NCBI GenBank assembly: GCA_965603825.1
Contig: CBFDEM010000062.1
Location: forward strand, 496,001-560,000
DNA length: 64,000 nucleotides
Direction: 5' to 3'
Origin: Blepharisma stoltei ATCC 30299
Taxonomy: Eukaryota; Protista; Ciliophora
The notes under the pieces were generated by a model. The model ran no database searches, was not told where the DNA came from, and saw only the letters and a list, made by a program, of their open reading frames with translations. Positions 35,501 through 47,494 of this stretch are shown here, in pieces. The position numbers and the translations under genes are program-made. The first letter of the stretch is position 1. Every line of letters begins with the position of its first letter.

Positions 35501-38500
35501 TCTTGGGCAAGCTCATCTAAGACGACAGTATCAAGCTCAGGAACTAGTCTGGGAGGATTTCTTTCTATTGGAGCTTCTCGTGGCTGTGCTCTGTTTCTAT
35601 TGAGCAAGACCTGTATGAATTCTTCATTTGAGGAGTCAAAGTCTCGCAGCAGCTGCATTATCTGGGTTGGGTCTTCAAATTCTCTGAGCAGTCCTCTCGC
35701 TTCTCTTGGCTGGTAAATTGCGCTGCCATCTTCAGCTTCTTGCTGAAAAGCATTTTCCAGTATATGTCTTTCTCCTCTGTTATGATCTTCTCGTCTACCT
35801 GCAATGCCAGGTCCCCACTGTCTTCCAGGTTCAATTTCTTCATCCTCAACAAAATCGTCTGCCCAAAAGGCTTCAGTATTATGACTTTCCAGTACCATTC
35901 CATCTAGTGCTTCCTCTTCTTCTATATGATCACTTTCATCTTCCACTAATTCTTCCTCATCTTCCTCCTCTTCCTCTTCTTCCTCTTCAATCTCAATTTC
36001 AATCTCTTCATTTCCTTCATTTTCACCTGAACTAACTGAGTTGTTTTCTTCTATTGGGTAATTTTCGTCCTGCTGTGGGAGCTCTTCTGCAGCTTCATCT
36101 AATTCTTGAGAAGGTTTAGATAAGTGTAATATGAAGTTGATGTTGTATCTGGTCAACAACTCAAGTGGTGCCAAAATTAGATTCAAAATTGATGCAGCTT
36201 TTCTGAAGTTTAAGTCAACTTTCTTGACGGTCTCTGAAAGAAGCCGCACCATACTTATTTGGTCAGAAACCAATAGCTTTGCGATTTCTGCAGGGTTGGT
36301 AGTAACAAAAGGAGATTTAGACGACTCACGAAGCAGCTGCATAATAGTAATAGAGACTGTTCTCACAATGCTCATAGATTTTTCATTTTCAAACCAAGGC
36401 TTCTTTACCTGCTCTGTAAACATATCACGAAGCTCCCTGAAAATTCTTTTTCTCGCTTTGAGTATTGAATTATTATTTTCTAGTAAAAGCAAGTTGTGGA
36501 GATCTGCAACTGGAGTGTTGGGATGCCTATGGGTCTGCTTAAATGTCAGCACTTTTAGGAGTTTTGTAGTTGTTTTTATCCAACTTTGATAAGTTTCAGG
36601 AGAAATGGACTGATTCGTGCCTGGCTGATTAAAAATTATTCGGGTTTCTGTTAGCTGTAAAGTATATCGGAAAGGGATGAAATTTCTAACTAAGTGGGTT
36701 AGAAAAGGTTTTGAGGTTTTTTCTGCGCACAAAGGATCTGATGCTGTTAGGGTCAAATCAAAAAGGTTTTTAATGAGAATTGGATAGCATTGAATTATGT
36801 CAGCCATCAGAGAAACAATATGCTCAGTTCCAAGAATCATGTCAGATTTCCCGATTTGTTCGTCTTCATATGCTTCTGAGAGGGCAGTTGAAAGGATTTC
36901 TATAGTTTTCCACTTTTCAGCTGTGATGTCTTTCCGGTCTTTTTTTAATTTCACAACAACTGTTTTTTCTTTTTTCATTATCACGCACATATTATCCATA
37001 GCGTGCTGGAAAATTTCTTTGCTCCGGTTAGCCTGGGATTTGAAGTTTTTAAGGAAAACATCTAGCTGAGGAGTTCCATTAAGTGCCTGTTGTATAGCAA
37101 TTTCAAAGGTAGCCTGCAAAATATAAGGATCCTCTGAGAGCTGCTTAACTAAGTTGAAATAGCTGGTTAATAGCGCTTTTCCTCTTGGTTCTGGCTTCGA
37201 AATTGTAAATGTGAGCAGTGGCAGCAATCCTCCCTCATCTAAAAATATTTTTGCACATTCAATATTGGCAGTAAGAGAAGTTAGTAGCTGTATTAGCAGC
37301 ACTACTTCATTTTGATCTAAAATTGGTCCTTTTTCTTTATTTACTTTTACAAACCTCGCCAAAGTGAACGTTAATTCAGCTTTGCCAGTTTCCCCAAACT
37401 TCACGAGTATATCAGCAATAGAAAATAAATAGCCTATCCAATGATAATTTTCTTCACTTATTTCAGGCTCATCACAGAGTTTTTGGAGAAAATTCACTGC
37501 GTGCTCACAGAAGTTATTCCCTTTGATAATTTCCAAAATATCTGCTGATTTCGACGATAAGACTGAAAGAACTTGCAAGGAAGCGCTAAATTGCTCAAAA
37601 GTAGCTGGGATTTCAAATAGCTCTAAATTTGTCATTCCTTCAGTCACGTCTTTCAGACTCCCTACTTTTAGCTTCTCATTTGCAACATTCCCCACTAGGG
37701 AAAGAAGCATAAATGCAATATCAGCATGTGGAGCGTCTGCTTTATTGCAAATTTTCAACAGAATTTCTCCTACTGATGCACTCATAGATGGAATAGCTGG
37801 AAGAGAATTTATCAGCATTTGGTGGAGATGTTCAAAATTAATAGAGATTGTAGGTGATTCTTCTTTTGGAGGCGGAGGAGCTAGATCATTGGCTTCAGGG
37901 TGGTTGAAAATTCACTCCATTGCTAATTCAATGCTGGATGCGCCTGTATGAAGAAGAGCTTGACGTGCGACGTTTTCTGGGAAGCCCATTTCGACGAGCT
38001 GGGTTGTGGTGGAGTTATCCACTTGAGGAGCCTGCTCTTTTGACATGTCTGAAAGCTGCTTTAAGACTTCTAAAACAGACTTCGCGAAAGCATTAGACAC
38101 AATTCCACACTCGAGGAAGTTAAGATTCTTTATGCAGGTGAAGACAGAGTTTTGCATTTTTTTGACAACTTCTTTGGGACCGTCAATATTTAAGGCTTTC
38201 AGAACAGCTGAGCCTCCAGAGCCTGCATATTTTCCACTCACTAGTCCTTCTAAAGCTTTTCCTGAAAGATTTCATAATATTTGAAGCGAGTTCACTAAAT
38301 CATATGGCAATTTCTCTTCTCTATACAGCTTAAACGAAATCTCTTTCAGCTGATACACAAACTTAAATATATTTTCCAACCCTCCTGCTTGTGAAAAGGC
38401 CCATAATGTCGAAGGACTTGACCCTTGTTCATGCAGCAAAATTTTCAAAATATCAGAAAATTGCAGACAGAAATAATAAGCCTGTGCTTGATCTGTGTTG

Positions 38501-41112
38501 TTTAGATTTAGCAATGATGTCAAGTCAGCCAAAATATCACCCATAACTCTACTGATTTTCACTCCAACCTCTTCAGAGACGCTTTGTCTGCCTCTTGTGC
38601 TTGGTATTCTTGTAGCAAACCTGAACAGCCTCCTCACAGAAAGCTGGCAAGTGAAGTAAAAATTCTCCTCATAGCTCTTCATTTCAGCGTTTTCTATGTT
38701 CTGGATGTCAATTAGCATGTTGAATTTATTTGTGAACTTTTCGTTGGATTTGCTAAATGCTGAAAGTCTGGCTTGTTCTGCTATTAAAAGTCTCATATAA
38801 TAGGAAAGCCTATTAAGGGTGTTGCAGAGCTCATTAATGTTATTGGTGACTCCAGTGCCGTATTGGAGGACAAGTCTCGTCATTTCGACGTAAGAGTCAG
38901 TTGCAGTCAAGATGAACATAAATTGGGTTTTTAGGTCGTCAGTGACATGGCTGATATCTGAAAGCGTTTTTAAGTCTCCAATTATATCTTCCATTTTCCC
39001 TAATTGCTGATTCAAAGCTTCCAAAACTTTTCCAAGAACAATTGGCGTCAAATTTACAGGAATCGATTTAAAGCATGTCAAAACTGTATGAAACTCATTA
39101 CTATAAGTCAGTGGCAAAATGGGCAGCCTAAACAGCCCCAAAAACTCTTCTAAGCCTCCATTGTCTAAGAACCCTCTTATCAAGTCAGTTGAATAGTTAA
39201 AGAGCATCGCTAGCAGTCTGCCTATATTGGTAAGCTGCGTAAAAAATGACTCTTTTGCTGATAAATCGCATGATCTCAAGTTATAAATCAGCTGAATGCA
39301 TCCTTCAACAGCTTTATCTCTGATCCCAGGGACAATGGTCATTAGCTCCTGCAAACTTTCTCCTATTCCTACAGCTACATCATTTGATAGCACACTAGTA
39401 TCAATTGAACCAAGGGCTTGTAAAATTCTTGAAATCGTGCTAAATCTTTCTATTAATTGAACGCCTTCAGCCTGCAGAGATATTTGACATAAAAACCTGG
39501 TGATCACTCCCATAAGTTTGGAATTTGGGGGCAGTGTTGTTTCTAAGCTGTTAAAAAAAGCAACCAAAGTGCCGTCTGCTATCCATTCAGCAACAATAGG
39601 GACTTCTCCGATTATTGTATTTAAAATTTGAATAGCTGGTTCATATAAATCAAATCTTTGCTTTTCAAATAATTTTTTCAGTGACTTTATCAAGCCAGCT
39701 TCCAAAATTTCTCTAACTTCTTCTTGTGCAGCTCCAGGTTCTGCTTTGGTCAACACAATTTTTATTACCCTTAGCAATGGTCTTAATAATGCAGCTCTTG
39801 TAGTCTCTGTCGGTATAATATCAGCAGTAAAAGAGTAGAAGCAGTCTTGAGGGCTCGTCAATAGCTCAATTTCGTTATTAGTTAACTGAAGAACAGTATC
39901 GAGACCATCTAGCTCTCTAAACATATCAATGGAATGCGATATGAGAACAGTCAAAATTCTGGTGGCCTTTGCCATTGATGTTAAAGAGTATCTATATGTG
40001 TTATTTTCAGGCATTTTCAGCATAAGTAGCAATGATACTATCATACCAGGCACATGAGAAGAATCTACTCTGTACTTATAATCAGCAAAAATACTGGCTA
40101 AGTGTAAGACTCCGTCAATAAAGTCACTCGATCTAGCTGTTTCTGTGATTATCAAGGCTGGAATAGGGTATACAATGTCTCGTAATAAGCTTTGCATTAA
40201 GCCATGCTGCTGCCAAGCAGCTAATAAGTTATGAGTTGCTGTTATTAATTGATTTTGGGTGACTTCATGACGAGATGGCTGCCCTTCCAGCATGACTAAA
40301 ACTGCACTTAGCAAATGTATCGCTTGGATATGAACCTGTGGACTTGCTGGCATTCTTAGCAGTTCTGAAATTGCAGGCAGCAGCCACAGTTCTGGAAGTG
40401 ACCTATTGAATTCTTGCAGCATATGAAAATCAGGTGAAACTTGCAGAAAAATGCTCAGTGCCAGGAGTTGGCAAGAGACTATCAGTTGGCGGTCATGAAA
40501 GCTGTGAAGAGAAGCATTAATTCTCTTTCGGTTCAAAATAATATATTTGAGGTCTTCAGGAGTCTCATTAGTCCCTATAAGCTCTTCTTGGATTTGGAAG
40601 GAAGGGATCTCTTCATCACTGCAGAGAGTTTGCAAAGGAATCGAAGTATTGTTGTGAAGCTGCGAGCCAAGCCCAATCACGTATAATTTGTGGGTCAATT
40701 TATGGTTTCGATGTGCCTTCGTGCTTTTCATAGTCGGATTGATCCTGTTAGCTACTAGATAAAGCACTTGAAGTGCTTTATAGACCAGATCCCATTCTGA
40801 GAAATCAAGAATGAAGATTAAGCTGTCAATTGAGTTGTAAAGGGCCTTTGAAGTTGCAGGCTTTAGCAGGATCTGAGTCTTGTCTAAAAGAATCCCAAGG
40901 AGATCAAGATCATGAGTGGAAAGCGAATCCTGCAAAAGTCCATTAATTCGGTCGAGAACTGGGAGAACAGGTGCCAAATCATCAACTCTTTGCCATTCAT
41001 AGTCTTTCAGCTCCATAAGTTCGTGTAAAAACTCATCTTTTGGTAGTATTGATACTGACTTTGCCCACTGGCTTAAGTCTTCTGACGTACCTTTAGCTTC
41101 GAGGTTATTCAT
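32548..41112 (-). CDS. HUWE1/Tom1/UPL1-like HECT E3 ubiquitin ligase (about 2850 aa); 2 TGA=Trp codons
   Basis: Three ORF pieces in one frame joined by TGA at 38272-38274 and 37912-37914. UBA motif LVEMGF..ELAME(W)IF, acidic tract, FLEALPEDIR repeats, HECT motifs GEEGLDAGGLTREWY and LPTAHTCMNQLDLPEY. Confidence 0.93.
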
Positions 41113-41420
41113 TTATATCAGAATCGTAGAATTGATTATAATTTAAGAGCATAAAAACTAAGAAATGTTTAGTTTAGCGGGGTTCATATCTAAATTGGTA
41201 AAAATTGAATGATTAGGAAAATATTTTCATAGAAAGATTATATTAAGTGTGCAGCTAATTATGAGAAAATATGTTTTTCCTAATGGAATGGCTTAGGTTG
41301 GCTGTTCAAAAATCATTGTGATAGTCTAAAGAATATTTAAATACTTGGAGAGTAACAAAATACTCAATGCAAGATCATTCTAGATTAGCTACACTAATAA
41401 GAATAATTCATGATGAATAA

Positions 41421-42164
41421 TTAGAATATGATATCTGCATCTTTCTCTTCCATGTTAAGAATGTTGTGGCTTTCCTCTTCAGCGGCTGCAGCTCTGTCTT
41501 CGTTTTCTTTTTGCGCTCTTTCCCTTTCTATATGCTTTTTCTTAGTGTCTTGGACTTTCTTAAGCCTAAAGAAATCTTCTCTTTCCTGCTCGTCGAGTTC
41601 TCTTTTGATATAAGCAATGGCGCCTTGAATCCTAGGGATGACGACATTTTCTAATGCATTGACTCTTCTACTGGTGATTTTAATAATTTCGTCCAAAGTA
41701 AAGAAAGATGATTGTAGTCCTGCAATGGTGATTAATAGTTTGAGAAGCTTATTGAACTTTTCCTTGCACTTCTGAATGGCTGCTCCACCTCCACTGATAC
41801 CGAGTTGCTTGGTAGCTTCGTCACCAAGTTCTTGTTTAGAATGGAAGACTGGGAGATAAACACCACCTTTAGGAGTTAGGCCTAATCTGACTTGATTAGA
41901 TGCGCGCTTAACAGTTTCCACTAAGATTCTTCCAAAATCTCCTGCACCCCATTGAGCCTCTGCGAGAGCGAAAACAGCTTCATTCATATCATCTCCTAAC
42001 CCTTTCTTTGTTTTCAAAATATCATGTAGAACTTCATTAAAGGTCTTTTTTAAGCCGTCTAGTTTTCTCTTTAGCAAGTCATGGCCTTTGCTTGCTCCTG
42101 TCAGCTTGCCCTTCCACATCTGAAGCTGTGCCCTGCTGGGCAAAATACGCATGGTCATAGCCAT
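41421..42164 (-). CDS. V-type ATPase subunit D
   Basis: GHDLLKRKLD, IKITSRRVNALENVVIPR, ELDEQEREDFFRLKKVQ. Confidence 0.95.
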   Translation of the reverse strand: MAMTMRILPSRAQLQMWKGKLTGASKGHDLLKRKLDGLKKTFNEVLHDILKTKKGLGDDMNEAVFALAEAQWGAGDFGRILVETVKRASNQVRLGLTPKGGVYLPVFHSKQELGDEATKQLGISGGGAAIQKCKEKFNKLLKLLITIAGLQSSFFTLDEIIKITSRRVNALENVVIPRIQGAIAYIKRELDEQEREDFFRLKKVQDTKKKHIERERAQKENEDRAAAAEEESHNILNMEEKDADIIF

Positions 42165-42312
42165 TTTATTATTCTAATTTACATTGGTTTAGTTATCTAC
42201 TCTTTAATGTTTCTGGATTTATGTTGGAGTGTGAATAGTTAAAGTGTCAGATAAATTTATAAAGAATTTGATAGATATTATTATTTTGTCAAAAATTATA
42301 TTATAGCAAACT

Positions 42313-44313
42313 TTACTGGTCTTCTTGGAATATATATGGGAAGAATTTACAGAAACGTTCCCCATATTCAGCTGGGTTAGCAACACTTAGGTCTTTATTT
42401 TTGCCTTTAAGCACAGTTTTAATAGCTTTTTCTGTTGCCTTTTTAAATGTGTATTCTTGGAAAATATCGATAATTCCAAGAGAGTAGCACAAACCAGTAG
42501 GAGAGAATTGCAGATATCGACATTTAATGTTAGGAGCCCAGCTTTCTTGATAAAAGGCAAGAATTAATGAGTAGTCCATAATATCAACGCTTCTTAGCAT
42601 CTCTGAATCAGAGTTTATAGCTTTTATGAGAGATGTTTTTAGATTTTCATTTAAACGAACCCTTTGGGAAAATTCCCTAAAATTATTGTCTTTTTGAACT
42701 ACCCCTAGTAAAGACATTTCTGCTCCAAAGCAAGAAGTTCTTCCGACAGTGCTTCCTTTTAGATCAAAAATATAAGCTTTCGATTTATTTGGGATAATAT
42801 TTTCCATCAGAATTAAATTCACATTAAATGGCAAGAGTGTAAAAATTCCTAAGATTCTGACAATTAATGAATCTGGATTTGTGATGATATGATTATAATA
42901 AATACCCAAAAAGTCCTTAAGAAAAAATTTTCTTTCTGTTGCAGTCATAGTTTTTATTATAAACTTTTCATCAGAGGTTGTATAAATAAATGCCTGGCTT
43001 TTTCCTCCTTGGTTACTTTGCCTTACATTGATCGAGTCTAAATTTTCTTTGTTAATTAACGATCGATATAGCTCTTGCACAGAAACTCCTGTTTTCTGTC
43101 TCAAGGATGCAAAAATATCTGGGGCCCATTCTTTTAACTTCAGCTCTGGGTAATAAACTGAATAAATTTTACGCTTGTTTAAGTCTATTCCATGATATAA
43201 ACTTATCCTTTTGAAGTCGTTTAGCTGAAAACTAAATAATCGATGCATTTTGAATGACTCAAATCTAAGTTTCTTTTACGTTATTTCATATAAATCAGTC
43301 CAATCATTTAAATTCTCGAACCTAAGCGATAAAGTGCAAAGAATTTCTAAGACTGTCTAAATAAAAAATACTTTTTCAGTCAAATCATGGAAAAAATCGC
43401 CAAGGTAACTTATATTTTTGGAGAATCTAGATGGTAAAAGGTCTGGCCCAAGTGAAATATTTGACTTTGTTAAAAGATCTTGCTGCATTGAAATATTATA
43501 TTCTCTTTGGATAATACCTTTTCTTTTAAATAAAGTGACATAAATTTCTAATAGCAGCTCTTTATTGCTTAATCTTGCTACCGCAACAACAATCCCTGAT
43601 AAGCATCCTAAAATGACTCCAATAGGAACGACAACATTTTCTTCTTGCTCATTGAAAACATCAAGAACTGATGCAAGTGTAGATATAGTTCATATAGAAG
43701 AAATACATAAAATGACCATTGTATAATTAAACATAACTTTCGCATAAGCGTTTTCAATTTTTCTTACAGCGATCACTACTGAGCTTCACATGATTGGCAA
43801 GTGAACAACTAAAGGAACAAATTCTATATAATGTCCGGATGTCTGAGGATTAATAAAACAAGTTCGAAGATGTGAAGTCCCAAAGCTCCCGACTATTATG
43901 ACTATCAATACAAGGAAAAATGCAATAAAAGAGGAGAGAGCGTGATATATCCTTAGTCTTGTTAAATATGCGGTATCTCCATTAAATGTCAACTTGATAA
44001 TTATCTCCAAGCTAAGAGCCACAAGATAATTTCAGGCTAACAAAAAGAAAAACACATTAAAGCCACCAATGACTTCACATAAGTTATTGTCAACAAGAAA
44101 TCTACATAAAATATACGTGTGGATTCTTTCTTCTCCAGAAAATCAATGGAGATCATACATTGCCTGAGTCAGACATTGGATGAAAACAAGCTGCCCAGGG
44201 TGATCCATCATTTTTGGGATAAGAAAGTGAACCATCGCAGTAGCGATACTAAATACAAATGAGACAGAGGCAAGGACAACACCTAAAGTTACAATTTGAT
44301 CAAGAGACGCCAT
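42313..44313 (-). CDS. GPCR-PIPK fusion: 7TM domain plus phosphatidylinositol-phosphate kinase domain (about 651 aa)
   Basis: ATG at 44313; one frame through 4 TGA codons and introns 44102-44116, 43357-43371 and 43265-43279. Seven hydrophobic segments precede GGKSQAF..FIIKTM, MENI, FDLKGS, IMDYSL, GIIDIFQEY. Confidence 0.85.
43265..43279 (-). other. 15-nt intron GTAAAAGAAACTTAG
   Basis: Contains in-frame TAA; A at position 10. Confidence 0.85.
43357..43371 (-). other. 15-nt intron GTATTTTTTATTTAG
   Basis: Ends in in-frame TAG; A at position 10. Confidence 0.85.
44102..44116 (-). other. Probable 15-nt intron GTATATTTTATGTAG (stop-free)
   Basis: Matches the consensus of the other four introns but is not needed to keep the frame open. 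Confidence 0.6.
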
Positions 44314-44429
44314 GTTTCATACTAAAGTTCACCTTAATAATTTCAATTTTATACAACTTTTTAAATTGTGATCAATAGAAAAATAAAGAAATTCTCTGAG
44401 AACTCCTTATATAAAATAATTACATATAC

Positions 44430-46766
44430 TTAATTTCTTAAACTAATCAGCCCAGGTGCTGCTCTCTCTTTTTTTATCCTTTCTTTTTCTTTATTTCTCG
44501 GCGACAAGCCGATAATATATGGGCTTGAATTGAATTTATCAGCGATTTTCTGAGGAGATAACTTTGAGTTTTTGGCGCTGTTTCGAGAAGAAGTTGAAAA
44601 CCCACCATCAGATCCTGTTGCTAGCCTTTCAACAACTTTTCTCTTTAACCCACCTGGTGGCTTCTCTATTGAGACGCTTTGCTTTTTCTTATTGGGGACA
44701 TATTTTTTATGAGGAAGGAGTCTATTAACACTCATACTTTTCTGCATGCGATTTTTTGAGACTAAAGGATTAGGAAAATTAAGCACATTTGCCCGTGGTT
44801 TTGGGATCTTTGAAGGCGAAATTTCAGGCAAAACTGTATAAGATTTATTGCTATAGCCTTCTACCTTAGTCATTTTTGGGGAGCTTATTTGTGGTAAGTT
44901 TATAGCTACTTCGGATGTGATCTGATCAATTGGTTTCAGCTCCTTAAACCCTCTGAGGATTGGCTCTGGGAGAGTTATTGACTGGTTTTTAAATATGACT
45001 TGGGCTTCATCTATAATAGAGTCTCTGATTTTCAGCTGGTCTTCTAAATTCTGTATCAGATGGTCTTTCTGCTTAATCAAGTCGTTATGTCTTTCTTCGT
45101 TTCTCTTTATTTCTAGACTATTCAAGTCTAAAATATGGTCCTTCATCTCACATTGAAGTTGAGCAAGCTGAGCATCAGGGACTCCCAGCTTCATCCAGCT
45201 GGCTTCAAGGACTTTTCTTTTCTTTTCTAGCTGCTCAAGCTTCTGGTTTTCTCTTTCAGCTGAGTCTATATGATCATTTATAGCGTTATTTAACAGCTTA
45301 ATCTCATCTTTTACACTAGAATATTGAACAGAGTCTTCTCCCTTGTCACTTGCAGCCTGTAAAAGTTCAGAATTTCTCTGTGCAAGGATAGTTTTAAGCT
45401 GATCAATACTCTGCTCAGCCTGATAGATCGCTTTTTTCGTTCTGGCTTCTTCTTGAAAGTGATTTTTCAGTTCAATTTGGTATTTTTCAACATTTACTGA
45501 AGGTAGGTTTCTTCTATTATTTAATTGATCTCTTAAATCTAAAATCTCTTGCCTTAGCTGTGAGATAATAGATGTATATCTGGCTATATGATATTGGACG
45601 TTCACGACGTTTCTTTGAGACGTCGTCTTAATGTGTTTTGCCCTGTTTGCATAAAGTAATGTGTTATAAGTATCCTCAAAGGATCCAGCAAATGGAGAAA
45701 TGCAAGCAATCATTACAGTTCTGCAGTTGCCACCTAAGGAGTCTTTAAGCAGCCTAGTTAATTTTGAATCTCTGTATGGGACATAAACTTTGGTATTTTT
45801 TTCATTCATTTCACATAAGGCATTGATGCAGTTTCCTAGAGCTAAAAGCGATCTATTTATATTTGCTCCTTCAATAAGTCTTAAGCCCCTATTTTTTGTG
45901 TTTGCAGCCCTTTCCGATCCAGCTAAATCAATAAGATTTAATTTTCCTACAAGTACCTCTGCTTCAACTCCAGAGGCTTTATCTCTGTGCTCTGCGATGA
46001 TTTGCAGAACAGCATGTGATCTGCTTGAAGTTTCATTGGCTTGTGTTGGCTCCTGAGTCCTCCTTCTATTCCCGTTTCTTATGCTAGTAATCACATGCTC
46101 TGGAGAAGTTGCCATAATTTCAGTCAGCCCTGCTATTACAACCCCTTTTATAGGATCTTCCCTAATTTCTAACGTCTCCATACTGGGGTTAATCAGATCC
46201 CTCACAATTTCGTTATAAATCTCCAAATAGCTCAATTTGACTGTATAGTCTCTTTCTCCTGACATCTCTTCAATCTTGCTGAAAATTTCCAAAAAGGTTT
46301 TGAGCATTAATCCAGGTCCGTCTACTTCTCCTATCATTGTATAAGTTTTTCCAGCTCCAGTAGGGCCATATGCAAAAACAGTAGCATTGAAGCCGTTTAG
46401 AACTCCATCTATCAGGAATTTTGTAGTTTTTTCAAAAATTGAGTCCTGTGATGCGTTCTGATTAAATGCATAATCAAAGGCATATTGCTTTTCCCTGGTT
46501 CGGTTCTGCCGAAAAGCTTCTTCAGGGATATTTTGTCAGTCTGAAGGGTCAAGCAGCACAATAACATTGTTGTCAAGAACTTGAACGATCTGATGATCGT
46601 CGACTTCTTGCTCCTTTTTGGTAAGTGGTCTAGCCCTGACAGCGACTAAAATATTGGAGGCTCCTTGCTGCATTTGTTGTAGATGGTCGTCAACTTCAAC
46701 ATCGCTGCTTTGTGACGATTTTTTATCAAGGTATTTGCTTCGTTTGTCTTCTCTTAGTGAACTCAT
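44430..46766 (-). CDS. Kinesin-8 family motor (KIF19/KIF18-like); one TGA=Trp
   Basis: NILVAVRARP, joined via TGA 46536-46538 to YAFDYAF, FAYGPTGAGKTYTM, SSRSHA, LIDLAGSERA, GANINRSLLALGNCINAL, PYRDSKLTRLLKDSLGGNCRT. Confidence 0.92.
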
Positions 46767-47193
46767 TTACAAGTTATAGAAAAATCTCTGTGTTTTTTAT
46801 TTTTTTGTATATTTCAAAAATTTTTGAAAGTATTTAAAATTATATATAAGATAATAATTTGATTACAAGATATACCGAAATATAAAATTAAAATATTACT
46901 ATCTTGAAAATTTATATAATGATAATTATTTTAGGATAGAATTTTGAAATATGGATACCAGGCTATTCGAATAATAAAAATATAGAATTTATTTTAAATA
47001 TTGAGGTATTGCATAAATCATGCTACGAGATCTTAATATTCTTTGAGGCAGGGTAGCCTTATAAATTTTAGATTTGTTTAGATGCAACGCATAATATATG
47101 AATAAATCTTCGTGCGTATTGACAATTTATTACAAATTATTATGAACAATAAAATAAGTGTATATATAAGCAAAACTAAAATATAATTTATAT

Positions 47194-47276
47194 CCGATTA
47201 TAGCTCAGTTGGTAGAGCATGGGACTGTAGAAAAATAGTCATCCCAGGGTCCCCGGTTCGAATCCGGGTGATCGGA
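47194..47276 (+). tRNA. tRNA-Tyr(GTA) with a 10-nt intron (47231-47240)
   Basis: Acceptor stem CCGATTA/TGATCGG, D arm GCTC-AGTTGGTA-GAGC, anticodon stem TGGGA/TCCCA with GTA at 47227-47229, T arm CCCGG-TTCGAAT-CCGGG, followed by oligo-T. Confidence 0.95.
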
Positions 47277-47283
47277 TTTTTTT
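47277..47283 (+). terminator. Pol III oligo(dT) terminator
   Basis: T7 run immediately after the tRNA discriminator base. Confidence 0.8.
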
Positions 47284-47494
47284 ATTCTATTGCCTATAAT
47301 TTTCTTAAAATTTTATATTTATTTAATTGAGTTTATCTAAAAATTTATCATCCAATCATTTAGCTTACAAAAGAGTTTTCTGACTAAAATTTTCTGTTAC
47401 AGAGTTGTGATAAGTATCTGAAGCATTCTAAATTTCTTTATATATAATTTTATGAAAAATTTAAATTAATGACGAATTTCAAAAGTAATGTAAG

